From contig NW_027590150.1 of NCBI RefSeq assembly GCF_964213995.1, positions 372,001 through 436,000 on the forward strand: a stretch of 64,000 bases of DNA. The letters are read 5' to 3'. Source of the stretch: Mustelus asterias (lineage: Eukaryota). Positions 1 to 11,676 of the stretch are shown here, piece after piece. The position numbers were made by a program, and so were the translations under genes. Under the pieces are notes generated by a model, which was given only the letters and a program-made list of their open reading frames with translations, searched no databases and was not told the DNA's origin. Each line of letters begins with the position of its first letter. The first letter of the stretch is position 1.

Positions 1-61
1 CCTACTTCTTGGTGCTCTCTTGAGTGGGAACAGTTTCTGCCTATTTACTCTGTCCATACTC

Positions 62-356
62 ATTGCTCAATCCTAATTGCCCTTTTACTGAATGGTTTGC
101 TGGACCATTTAAAGACCCACATCGCTGTGGATCTGGAGTCACATGTGGAATATACCGGGTAAGGGTGGCAGATTTCCTTCCCTAAAGGACAAGAGTTTTT
201 TATGACAATCGGCAATGGTTTCATTAAAAGTTTATTTCCGGATTTTTTTGTTATTGAATTCAAATTCCACCAGCTGCCCTGGTGGGATTTGAACCCAGGT
301 CCCCAGAACATGACTTTGGGTTTCTGGATTACTTGTTCAATATTACTTCGCCACTG
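62..356 (-). mobile_element. Second SINE type (DeuSINE/SacSINE-like)
   Basis: GGTTCAAATCCC B-box then GGTGGAATTTGAATTC...CATGTGACTCCAGA; similar copies at ~9915, ~40370 and ~53165. Confidence 0.65.
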
Positions 357-529
357 GGTGCCCCTAAACTCATAAGAAATCTTACACCAGAAGCTTTGAC
401 CTGGATATCGAGCTCAGAGATTAGTATTTAACACGGTTTTTGCTTCTTCTCTCAGACAGCAGAAGGAAAGAAACCACAAGCTTGTTCTGTTTGACTGTTC
501 TACTTGTGGGTGTGACAAATTGAACTGTA

Positions 530-1722
530 ATAGAAAACATAGAAAACTACAGCACAAAACAGGCCCTTCGGCCCTACAAGTTGTGCCGAACATGTCTCTA
601 CCTTTTAGGCCTACCTATAACCCTCCATCCTATTAAATCCCATGTACTCATCCAGGAGTCTCTTAAAGGACCCTATTGAGTTCGCCTCCACCACCACCGA
701 CGGCAGCCGATTCCACTCACCCACCACCCTCTGTGTGAAAAACTTCCCCCTAACATCTCCCCTGTACCTACACCCCAGCACCTTAAACTTGTGTCCTCTC
801 GTAGCAGCCATTTCCACCCTGGGAAAAAGCCTCTGAGAGTCCACCCGATCTATGCCTCTCAACATCTTATACACCTCTATTAGGTCTCCTCTCATCCTAC
901 GTCTCTCCAAGGAGAAAAGCCCGAGCTCCCTCAGCCTATCCTCATAAGGCATGCCACTCAATCCAGGCAACATCCTTGTAAATCGCCTCTGCACCCTTTC
1001 AATCTTTTCCACATCCCTCCTGTAATGAGGCGACCAGAACTGAGCACAGTACTCCAAGTGGAGTCTGACGAGGGTCTCATATAGCTGCATCATTATCCCC
1101 GGACTCCCAAACTCAATCCCTTGATTGATAAAGGCCAGCACACCATACGCCTTCTTAACCACCTCCTCCACCTGTGGGGCCGATTTTAGAGTCCTATGGA
1201 CCCGGACCCCAAGGTCCTTCTGATCCTCTACCGTACTAAGAGTCTTTCCCTTTATATTGTACTCCTTCATCCCATTTGACCTGCCAAAATGGACCACTTC
1301 GCATTTTTCTGGGTTGAAGTCCATCTGCCACTTCTCTGCCCAGTCTTGCATCCTATCTATGTCCCTCTGTAACTTCTGACATCCCTCCAGACTATCCACA
1401 ACCCCACCAACCTTCGTGTCATCGGCAAACTTACCAACCCATCCCTCCGCTTCCTCATCCAGGTCATTTATGAAAATGACAAACAGCAAGGGTCCCAGAA
1501 CAGATCCCTGGGGCACACCACTGGTGACCGACCTCCATTTAGAAAAAGACCCATCGATACCCACTCTCTGCCTCCTTTGGGCAAGCCAGTTCTGGATCCA
1601 TCGGGCAGCAGCCCCTTGGATCCTGTGCCCTCTCACTTTTTCTAGAAGCCTTGCATGGGGGACCTTATCGAACGCCTTGCTGAAATCCATATAAACCACA
1701 TCTACCGCCTTCCCTTCGTCAG
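530..1722 (-). mobile_element. 5'-truncated CR1-clade LINE (RT C-terminus, 3' UTR and tail)
   Basis: ORF 611-1741 with [19 protein letters not shown] and KFADD motifs; short tandem tail at ~530-548. Confidence 0.93.
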
Positions 1723-2204
1723 TGTGTTTCACTTTACACACATCTGGAGTTCCTGTGAACCATCCATTGTAGAACGATATTGCAGAAGAAATCTGTTATT
1801 TTCTGGCTCAATTAACCCTTTTGGAATCTTGTTTATTAAAACTCCACCACACGTACTGCATGTGAGAGCCTTTGAACTGTTCTGATCTTTGCAATTGTCA
1901 TCGTTGATTTTGATGGCTCCTCTGGCATGCAAAAGCTCTACACCACCCGCTCCCCCATGGACACAAATCTCCCAATTGCTAAAGAAATTGACAGAGTTTG
2001 GGAAGATTGCAGTGTCAAACTCATCAGACTCTTTTGACAAATAGAATTTTTGTTGGGGAAGGTTGCACTTTTATGTTTTCAGGAAAGTGACGCCAGTGTG
2101 CCTTTAAGAAATGTATTTTTTAAAAACATGTTCTCCGCAGTTTGTAAGCAGCTTTATTTTATTGTGGCACTGGCTGCTTGCATAGATGTCCTTTTATTGC
2201 TGCT

Positions 2205-2320
2205 TAAATTTGGTGTCTCGTTGTAAGTGGTCCTTGAGTTTGATGTCATGGTGCCAGTGGTCTCTGGATTTGGTGCCTGGGTGTAACTGGTCCCTGGATT
2301 TGGTGTCTGAGTGTAAATGG
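2205..2320. repeat. 30-bp tandem repeat, about 4 copies
   Basis: TGGTCCCTGGATTTGGTGTCTGGGTGTAAC-like units. Confidence 0.75.
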
Positions 2321-2413
2321 TTGGATTTACTACTATTTACTGTGTATTCATGTCTCAGTGGAAACATTCTGTCCATACTTACCTGTCCATCCCATTTGAA
2401 GACCTGTATCCGA

Positions 2414-2667
2414 AGAATCATAGAATCCCCTACAGTGTAGAAGGAGACCATTCAGCCCATCGAGTCTGCACTGACTCTGCAAAAGAACATCTTACCCAGG
2501 CCCACCGCCAGCAACTCCACACGTTTACCCCGCTAATCCTCTAACCTGCACATCTTTTGACTGTGGGACGAAAGCAGAGCACCTGGAGAAAACCCCTAAA
2601 GTCACAGGTGGAATGTGCAAACTCCACACAGACAGTGAGGCAGCAGTGCTAACCACTGTACCACCCT
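2414..2667 (-). mobile_element. tRNA-derived SINE (HE1/V-SINE-like)
   Basis: Shared GTGTGGAGTTTGCAC / TTTCCTCCCACAGTC core with CR1-like tail, as in the other copies. Confidence 0.75.
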
Positions 2668-3359
2668 GTAGAGATGAACCTTTCTTTAGTTTGGGATTGC
2701 CGTGTGTAAATCCTCCTCTTCTAACCCCCCGTCAAAGGAGTTTCCGAAATCCATCCAGGATAGAAATTCACAACATTCTCTCCTCCTGCTCCAGCTTTGT
2801 CACCGGGATAATTCCCCTTGTGTCCACTCAGTAGCTTCTCATTTGGGATTTGCAGTTTACACAGCAGGTTTCCAGAGAATCTCTATCCACCCACCAAATC
2901 CATTCCTCCCGCCATCCCACCTTTTACCCATCATGGATCCGAGAGAGAAATGTCTGTTCATAGTCATGGCTGACACTGCGGATGCTCCAAACACAGGGCA
3001 GAACCAGGCCTGCCCACTGCTCTCCTGTGCTGTGGAAAGGGGATACTCTCAACCTTGGGGAATGCTGGGTTAAAAACACCACCACTGATGGTCCCAATTA
3101 AATGGTGACAGAACGCAGAGGAAGATGCAGGTTCAGAGCTCAGACAATGAGGAACTTTAGAAGCAGTATTTTTCTGGTGGGCTGTTGGAAGTAGTAGAGG
3201 TAATTCATTGGATGTTCTCAATCCTAAAGAAGCTCTATGAGTTGCTTACACTTGTTATTGGAAGTGAGGATGGAGGAAAGAGGGAATGGGCAGAGCATCT
3301 CAAAAACTCCTAACATATTGGAGATATAAAAAAAAATTGACACTCAGCTTAACATAAAG

Positions 3360-3612
3360 CTGATTTATTTAACTTTTAACCAGAAGATTAAAAACATACA
3401 ACTGGCCTGGAGTTTATCATCAGCAGTAGAAACAGACCCCAAAGAATGGGATTCAGTCCTGGCTGTGATTAAAAGTAAAATACAATCAATATAGTTATTT
3501 CTGAAATCACTGGATCTCAGCGGATGGGACGAATGAGTGACTCCCTTCCCACATTTAGAGGGAGTGAATATTCTCTCCTCAGTGTCAATGCACTGGTGTA
3601 CAGTGAGATGAG
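3360..3612 (-). pseudogene. Remnant of a C2H2 zinc-finger gene 3' end
   Basis: 3610-3510 translates HLTVHQCIDTEERIFTPSKCGKGVTHSSHPLR, a decayed HxxxHTGERPFxCxxCGKxF linker; AATAAA at 3369-3364. Confidence 0.65.
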
Positions 3613-4772
3613 GTTACCTAAACTCAGACCAAAATGACAACACTTGAATTGTCTCTAGTCTGTAGTTAAATACAATATTGGTCATCTCAAATTATCCCAT
3701 AGCACTCGCCTTAATTTGGAAATTTGTAATCTATTATCTGCTTATGTGAAATGCACCCCAGTCTCTTGGTTTCACCTCATGGTTTGCACCTCTGCTCTGG
3801 ATGTGTTCTCGATCTAGCTTGTGGCATGTCTGCCTTGTAAGTATTTCATCGGACGAAATATAGAGAGATTCACACTGTTAACCCACGCTGCAGCGACACT
3901 GATAGTTTTTTTAAGGGGCAGTGTAAATGAAACTATCTTCTGCCACACACTGTCCTGCATCGGCCTCTGATGAAACAGAGCCTTTGCTTTTTAGAATTAC
4001 CTGAAACTCGGTCAGTGACAGACCAGTTTATGAGTGAAATCACCGAGGTTCTCCTCATTCTTCACTCGCTCTGTCTCTGGATTTTATCATAAAAAGGCAG
4101 AGATGAAGGTGTCTTTATACGGATTGGCCACTGGGTGGCGCAGTGACTCTTTCACTGAACAGCCTTGAGTTCAAACACATCCCGCACAGGACTGGGGGAA
4201 CAGACATGTCTGGGAAAGAGGGGAAACCGTATAATATGGAATATGGGGCGGAGTTGATGGGCTTTGGAAAACGGAATTAAGCCAAGCCAGAGATGGTTAC
4301 ATTTTCATTCAATATTTATTTTAAAAATTCAGAGAATATTTTACAGCGACATTATTTTTTAAAGTTAGAAAAGTGAATTTAACGATCGAGCTTCACATTG
4401 AGAACACAACACATGCACAGGGAATCCGTCAATATTTGTACATCTGTTACATACACCAGAAAGAGAAAACAGGACCTTAATAGAAGGAGGAATTAACAAA
4501 TATGGAAATGGAATGAGAAAAGTTTCTTATTTATACATGATATTTAAACTATGGGGAAACTGTTAACCACAATTACATTATAACAAAAAATGCCTCGTAC
4601 TTTTCACTCTGAAAACTGAAATACCGTCTATGATTGTCTCAGTTACATATTCAGAATGATAAACTGAGAGAATTTTACTGATAGAGTCACCAAGAGCAGA
4701 TATTCTATTTGTGTCATACGGAGATCATAATAATCAGCTGAGGGAAATCTGCAGCATCCAAAATTCAACCCA

Positions 4773-4781
4773 TCACTTGAT
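4773..4781 (-). CDS. IGHM: IgM TM2 exon (IK*), giving cytoplasmic tail KIK
   Basis: Pyrimidine tract + CAG then ATC AAG TGA, 140 nt after TM1; equivalent to the KVK tail. A candidate AATAAA lies at 4320-4315. Confidence 0.85.
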   Translation of the reverse strand: MK

Positions 4782-4921
4782 CTGTAAAAGAAAGATACAA
4801 TAATGAAGCAGATGTTGATGATGCGGGACATTAAAGTTAGAGTTTTTAATCAGTGGAACATTGAGAGATTTTTCAAATCCATTCTGTCAGTTTGATATGT
4901 GAGTGCATTCAATCATCTCAC

Positions 4922-5049
4922 CTTCACCAGAGTGACCGCAGTGCTGTAGAAAATGCTCAGGAAGAACAGGACAATGAATGTGGAAGCCGTTGTCCAGATG
5001 TTACTGTTATCATCCTCATTGTCTTCAATCCAGATGCGGTCGGTGGAGT
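4922..5049 (-). CDS. IGHM: IgM TM1 exon (DSTDRIWIEDNEDDNSNIWTTASTFIVLFFLSIFYSTAVTLVK)
   Basis: TAG acceptor 5052-5050, GTGAG donor at 4921; acidic spacer plus the conserved WTTASTF...LS.FYST BCR transmembrane motif. Confidence 0.97.
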
Positions 5050-5619
5050 CTAGGGGACGGAGACCAGGATATGAAATTAGATTACTTTATTTATCCAGGT
5101 AATCTTATTGTTATTTTTCTTTTCCCCGTTCTCCTTTTTAAACTGTTCATTTATTCTTGAACCTAATTTTCAATGTATACCGACTCTTAAGCTCAGTAAC
5201 CGATCTCCGTAACTATTTTCACACCTGATCTTTATTGACATTCCTTGGACAGTCCATGTCAAAAAGCACTGAAGATGTTTAATTGAAAATCAGTTGATTT
5301 TTTGACAATTCGGAACTATCCCTTATTGAAGAATATTATCACTGATATCGAGGAACGTTCACTGATCAATGATTGTTTTCACAGATGGTTACTGATCTGT
5401 AAACTGTGAATGTTGTTGTTTAAGAGTTGGGATGTAATTTCCGATCTGCGCTTCTTTATGGTGGAAATGTTTAGTAGATCGTGAGCTTAATTCAGTTTCT
5501 CAGCGTGTTTATCTGTTCATTGTACATTGGGATAATAAATCTGTGGATATCTCCATTAAAAAGTCACGTTTAAATTATACTTTCATCATTTGCCTACCGT
5601 TTGTATTGAAGATTTTGCA

Positions 5620-6633
5620 TTTGTGTGCGTGTGCATGAGCATCTCGTGCTCTGCATTAATCTTTGGCTCTGAGTTAATATGTGATTATGAGTGTTAATGT
5701 GCGCGTACATTTGCCAGTGATTGTTGATTTGTGTAGTTGGGTGTCTGCATCTGTGCGCATATTTTATTCTTTTGTCATTGTGTATATATGACTCTATTAT
5801 TGTGTGAAGTCTATGAATATATATTAATGCCACTCTTAATGCGTGCACATGTGTTTATGCCTATTGCTATGTGTTAATTTCTGTCACTCTAATAATGTTT
5901 GTTTCCCTTTCTGTGCAGTTGCCGGCGTTGGACTGGGGTCGGCACAGTAAGTAGTCTCACAACACCAGGTTAAAGTCCAACAGGTTTATTTGGTTGCACG
6001 AGCTTTCGCAGCGTTGTCCCTTCATCAGGTGACTACTTACTGTTTCCCTTTCTGTGTGCGTCTGTGTGCACGCCTGTTGACATGTCAGTGTATGTATACA
6101 CGTGTTGACATTCTTTATAATGGTGCGTTGATGTATATTTGTGTTTCGATGTGCAGTAATGTGTGCTATGGTGTTCTGTTCTATGAGCATGTTAATGTTT
6201 GCGTCTACATGTTTGTGTGTAAATGTTTTGCTGTCTGTTCTTCTATATGCAGTCTGGTGATTTGTTTATATGTATTTTCATATATGTTTGTGAATGTGTA
6301 TAACATTGTGTGTCTTTATATCTATATTCCTATCAGCGTGAACGTGTGCTAATATATGTATTTATTTGAGTCCAAGTATGTGCTTGTGTATTGATGTGGG
6401 TCTGCATGCGTGTGTATCTGTCTGTATTGTGTCTATGCATGTATGTGTTTGTGTTTGGGTCTGTACCTACTCACGTATGTGTATGTGTATGTACTTGTGT
6501 GTTTCATGTGTACATGTGTGCGTTTGTACATATTTGATTATGTGTGTGTATGTTGTTGTTTTAGTGTCTGTTTGTACAAGAGCGCGTGTCTATGTGTTCG
6601 TATGTGTGTGTGCGTGTGTATGTGTGCGTGTGC

Positions 6634-6669
<36 letters not shown>

Positions 6670-7152
6670 ATGGGTGTGTCCCTATGTATATTTGTGTACG
6701 GATGTGTTTGGGTATGGGTGTATTTTTGTGTGGGTGTATTTGTGTAAGTGTGTATTTTTGTTTGTGCATGCGTTGCCCATGAGTGCATTTGTGTGTGCAT
6801 TCTTGTTTCTCTGCATGTGTGTTCGTCTGTGCAAGTATTGCGTGTACCTATGGTGTGTGAAAGTGTATCTGTTGTGTATTTGTGTGTTTCTGTGTCTGTA
6901 TTTGAATGTGCCTGTCCCTATTTCTGTATATGTATGTGTGTGGGGGTATGTGCATGCGTTTGTGTGTGTATATTTACATGTGTCTTTCTGTATTTGTGTG
7001 CATATGTGTGAGTATGTGTATTTGTGTGTGTAGTTGTGCATTTGTGTCGATGTGTGTGTGTGTGTATGTGTGTGAGTGTGAGTGTGTGTGTGTGCGCTTA
7101 TGTGTGTATTTATAATTGTGACAGTTTTGTGGAGTATTGTCAGTGTGTGTAT
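5620..7152. repeat. Degenerate (TG)n-rich low-complexity tract
   Basis: GT/AT dinucleotide runs with a pure (GT)n(GA)n core at ~6600-6668. Confidence 0.95.
5916..6040 (-). mobile_element. Short Penelope-like insertion with a minimal hammerhead motif and 16-bp TSD
   Basis: TGTTTCCCTTTCTGTG at 5900-5915 and 6041-6056; minus strand CAC-CTGATGA-AGGGACAACGCTGC-GAAA-GCTC-GTG. Confidence 0.8.
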
Positions 7153-8212
7153 TTTTTAGCTGTTGCTCCAAGTTTCACCGCAATCATTAACTGAAAATGA
7201 TCCAAACAATACGAATAATGGCGCATATTTTCAATGTTTTGCTGTATGAATGTAGTTTATGTGAGTGGCACGGTGATATCAGGAGAACGAATGAAATCAT
7301 TCATTGATGCATCTCAGAAACATCAGGGACAGAACAGTGAAAACCGGGGAAGATTCAATCATTTGTTTCAATTTGCATTATGGGAAATCAATGCCAGGAC
7401 ATGATTAACAGGAACAAGAGTGCAGAAACATTTTTAAATTATGTTGCATAAGTATATATGCATCACATTGATTAAGATAATGATACTTCAAACTCTGCAG
7501 CAAATAAACCGGAAGCTAATTTGTACGGTTGGCAACTGGGTTCTTCTAGTAGAGAGCTGGTCCCTTCCAAACACGTTACTTGCGAAGAGGGAGGAGAGTG
7601 AGCTCATAATTTCCCTCTCTCTACCCGGTGAAGCAATGTGCCTGATGGTTCTAACCACTGAGGAGGTGGAGGTACAGTGGATTAAATAATGCCATTCCTC
7701 CTCTTTTCATTGAGGAAGTGATGGTACATGGGTTAGCTACTGCTCTCCCCTCTCTTTGTTGGGTGAGTAGGAATCCGGTATGTTCACAATTTCACTCTCC
7801 CCTCTCTCTGATGGGGGGATTGTTGCCCCATGTTTCTGTGTGACCCTCACTTCAGTTCCCAGTGGGTGTGGTGCAGCAGCTTAAAGCTGACATCAATGGT
7901 AAAGGCATGGACAACGAGAGAAGCAGGAACACCGAGATCTAAATTGTGTTTGTTTGTCAGAAATGTTCAAATTGTCAGATTTCTCCTCAGTGGGAGGAAA
8001 GTCGGTGAAGATATTTTGCAGAATACTGTAATGAAAGTGCTCTACTCTGTCTCTAACACAGGGTGTATCTGAGCTGGGTGCACTGGTTCAACAAGGCTTG
8101 GGCCCGAGACGTGAAAATACCTGACTCAAACCAAAGATACATAGTGGAAGTAAAATTGAAAACCAATCAATTAAGCAATTGGGTATTTCATTTATCGTTG
8201 GAGGAAAAAGAT

Positions 8213-8227
8213 TTTATTCTTTTTATT
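8213..8227 (-). terminator. Secretory-form polyadenylation signals (2x AATAAA)
   Basis: TTTATT at 8213-8218 and 8222-8227, about 30 nt after the stop codon. Confidence 0.8.
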
Positions 8228-8254
8228 GAAGTTTTTAATGTAACCGAGTGATTC

Positions 8255-8646
8255 TCATTGACATGAATTAACGGTGTCCATCAGTGCAAGGGAAATGTTC
8301 ACAAAACTGGGTTTACCGCTGGATTTGTCAACTGTTCTGTTGATGATCTTCAAGGGGATGGCTTCATGTCCCACCACACAGGAGTAAGAAGCACCGCTGG
8401 ACCATTCCTCTGCTGCAATGGATAACAGGCTGTACATGAAGAAGGAGCTATTCCCGCTCTCCGCGACCACCTCGGTGTTCTTATAGTTCCCAGGATTCAC
8501 CGGCTTGTCGTTGACGGTCCACTTGACGAAGATCTCTCGAGGGGAGAAACGTCTCACTAAGCAGCTGAGGGAGACGAATCTCTGAGCGGAGACTTCTTCT
8601 GCCGAGGGCAGGAGGACAGAGACGAACGGTTCCCGCGGATTTGGAT
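8255..8646 (-). CDS. IGHM: IgM Cmu4 exon plus secretory tailpiece (...[40 protein letters not shown])
   Basis: CAG acceptor 8649-8647; tailpiece has the NIS sequon and penultimate Cys; internal G/GTAAAC donor at 8317/8316 for the membrane form. Confidence 0.97.
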
Positions 8647-9153
8647 CTGCAGAAAATGTACAATAAATGTCAATAAACTGGAGAATTCCGGAGAGAATGT
8701 AACCACTGGCTCGATATCAGAAAAATGTGCTTCGTTTCGATTTTAAATGTTTCCATTTTTGACTTCCAGCTTGGAGCAGAGGTGAACACAATTATTTTCT
8801 CAAATAACTCAGGGGGCTGGACTGGGAAGTTTCAGAAATTTTACAGCACAGAATCAGGCTCTTCGGCCTGATTCCAACTGATCGGCTTTATTTTTGGTTT
8901 TCTGGTTTTTATGCTCCACATCAGGCTCCTCCCTCATTATTCGATCTAAACCCAATAACATCGCCTTCAGTTCACTTTTCATTCATCAACACATCAAATT
9001 TCCCCGTAAAAATATCTACAATCCCCAGTTTTTAGTTAGTGGAGTTTGCACTCAGGGGAGACCATTAATGCACTGAATACTGAATATTGACCAGTCCACT
9101 TACACTGGAAATAGACACAGTGACGCATTTATTGCTTCAATCTCTCAGCTCAC

Positions 9154-9462
9154 CTGTTTCCTTGTGGATGGATTTTCTTAAAGGAGTCGGCAGATCCTGA
9201 TGGCTCACCACGCAGTCAAACACAGCCGCACTCAGCCAGGCTTGTGTCGAGATGTTTAAGTTGCTGACCACGCTGTCAGGATCCGCTCCAGGCTTTTCGG
9301 CAATCTCTGATTTCAAATACTTCCTGTCTCGGATCCAGGACACATTGACTCCATAAGGAGCATTAGAAATGATGCAGGTTAAGGTCACTGTTGCCTCCAG
9401 TAAGACCTGTTCAATTGGTGGTGGCTGTATCGTCACTGTGGTATCAGGGCACTGGGGAGGAT
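9154..9462 (-). CDS. IGHM: IgM Cmu3 exon ([30 protein letters not shown]...[11 protein letters not shown]...KET)
   Basis: CAG acceptor 9465-9463, GTGAG donor at 9153, 309 nt; HxDLPxP motif of Cmu3. Confidence 0.96.
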
Positions 9463-9914
9463 CTGTGAATGAAAAATGAAAATCAACCCTAGTTCCCTCT
9501 TCAGAAGCAGGACAGCAGTCTTCAGCCTGAAGGAGACGAAGTTGCCTTCGATATATCAACCTCTAACTATCACCTTTCAACCTCTATGGAGGATGGAAAA
9601 CCAGCCTGCTCTGTGAAATTATTCTCTTTTTGTTCAAGTATTTTAGCAGCGGTTTCATTCTCATGAATCAACATTGCAGTATTCCCCAACAAATATACCA
9701 TTCCTGAACTCAGGAACCAAGTACTGGCAGTTAGTTTATAAGTCGGGTGGATGCACTTCCCAATATTTTACCCCTATGCTGTGACCTGTGAAACAGTCCG
9801 ACACCGACTGTCTCTCCAAATCTTACCAGCTGTCTCAGGAAAAAGCTGACATCAAGACCACCTCGCTTACGATGTTACTTCAAAATGGAAGGGAACACTA
9901 TTTCAAGGGGAGGC

Positions 9915-10210
9915 AGTGCATGGTGGTGTTGCCAATGGGCTTGTAACCAAGGGCACGACTCTGGGGACACAGATTCGAATCTCACCACTGCAGATGGTGA
10001 AATTTGAATTTAGTAAAAATCTATCATTAAAAGTCAAATGATCATCATGAAGCCATTGTTGTAAAAACCCACCTGGTTCACGAATGCCCTTTAGAAAAGT
10101 AAATCTGCTGTCTTTATCTGGCCTGGCATGCATGTGACTCCAGATCCACAGCAATGTGGTTGACACTTAAGTGCCCTCAGGGATGGGAAATAAATGCACA
10201 TCTCATGAAG
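9915..10210 (+). mobile_element. Second SINE type (DeuSINE/SacSINE-like) in the Cmu2-Cmu3 intron
   Basis: Same core as 62-356 and 40370-40698. Confidence 0.65.
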
Positions 10211-10381
10211 GAATAACAAAAATTGCTGTTGTGATGAAATTCTGAATGGGGCACTGTCCCAATGCAGCAAACCACATGACAGCAAATTAGAAGTTGTTCT
10301 ATCTTTGTACTAACTTTAATAGATCCCTAATTTCGATTAACATCGGAATGGTATATTTTATCCTCGGTTTGAGTCTCTTAC

Positions 10382-10702
10382 CCAGAGATCCGCTGATGTT
10401 CTGACTCTGAGTGAATCCTTGATGAGTGACCTGGCAGGTATAGACCACTTTGCTGAACCATTCCTGAGCGGAGACTGTCAGCCGACTGCTGGCCGAGAAG
10501 TTCCCGTTCACTTCACAGGCGGGAGAGGTGACAATTCCTGAATCCATGAGTTGTCCATTCTTAAGCCACTTCACCGTCATTGACTTTGGCTGGAAATCGA
10601 TGATTGAACAGACGATGGTTGCAAATTTTCTGCTTGTGATTTCTTCACTGGAACTCACGGTGAGGATAACGCTTGGGCGGATAACGGTTGGGGGGATGTC
10701 GC
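10382..10702 (-). CDS. IGHM: IgM Cmu2 exon ([32 protein letters not shown]...YTCQVTH...SGSL)
   Basis: AAG acceptor before 10702, GTAAG donor at 10381, 321 nt in phase, C1-set motifs. Confidence 0.93.
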
Positions 10703-10799
10703 CTTTGACAAACACATGTTTTGACGTTACTTGAAGATTCAATTGACAACAATTAAAATTAGTTCTTTTATTTTAGCACCATAGCTGCCGATTTGAGAA

Positions 10800-11535
10800 T
10801 TATATTCATGGTTTGGTTGAATTGGCAGGGAAATGGCGAATGGATTTCAACCGTCAAAAGTGCCACACAATGCATTTGGGGAGGGAAAACAACGCAAGGC
10901 AATAAACTGGAATGTTAAGAGGGATTGAGGAAATGCAAGACTTTAGAGTGCATGTCCACAGGTCCTTGTAGATGGTAGGGCAGCTGGACAAGTTGATCAA
11001 GAAAGCATATCGGATTAGTTCCTCTGTTATGTGAGGGATTGAATACAAAAACAGTGGTGTAATGATGGAGCTGTATAAAACGCTAGTTAGGCCACGTTTG
11101 GAGTTTGCTGTACAGTTCTGGTCACCACGTTGCAGGAATGATGTAATGACTCTGAAGGGAGATGAGGCTGACAAGAATGTTGCCAGGGACTGAAAATTGC
11201 AGCCATGAGGCGTGATTGGACAGGCAGGAGTTTTTCTCCTTAGAAAAAGAGGAGGCTGAGGCGTGACGTAATTGTGGTTCACAAAATTATAAGGGATGTA
11301 GGCAGAAATAATTCATTCCCCAAGTGGATGGCTCAATTACCAGGGAGCATGGTCATTTAAAAGGTCATTACGTCTGCATCTCAGGTGCTTTAACCTGCAC
11401 GGCTACGGCGCAAGGGCTGGAAAATGGGCTCAAAATGTCAGGCTAGTTTATTTGTTCTCCCTTTTGGCCAGCACAGACAGGATGGGCTAAATGGCCTCAT
11501 TCTGCTCAGTAACAGTCCTGTTGTTCTTTGGTTCT
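10800..11535 (+). mobile_element. Degenerate CR1-like LINE fragment in the Cmu1-Cmu2 intron
   Basis: Decayed RT C-terminal coding (LYKTLVRPRLEFAVQFWSP) and CR1-type 3' UTR. Confidence 0.8.
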
Positions 11536-11676
11536 GAACAACTTTTCAGTCAGGAGACACTTACTTGGAGTTTGCATAATTCAATTTTTTTCAGAATGTT
11601 ACAGATCAGTTATAACTAAGGCCTTATATAGTTCAATCGGCGCGTTCCTGTCTTGCCCAAGTTCCACAACACTTAC

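Noticed and set aside
5594-7171. Many long Cys/Val- or His/Thr-rich ORFs
   Set aside because: Translations of a (TG)n/(CA)n tract that lacks stop codons; not genes.
9500-9560. Possible further hammerhead-like motif (CTGAAGGA...CCTTCGATA)
   Set aside because: Core and stems do not fit well enough and no TSD was identified.
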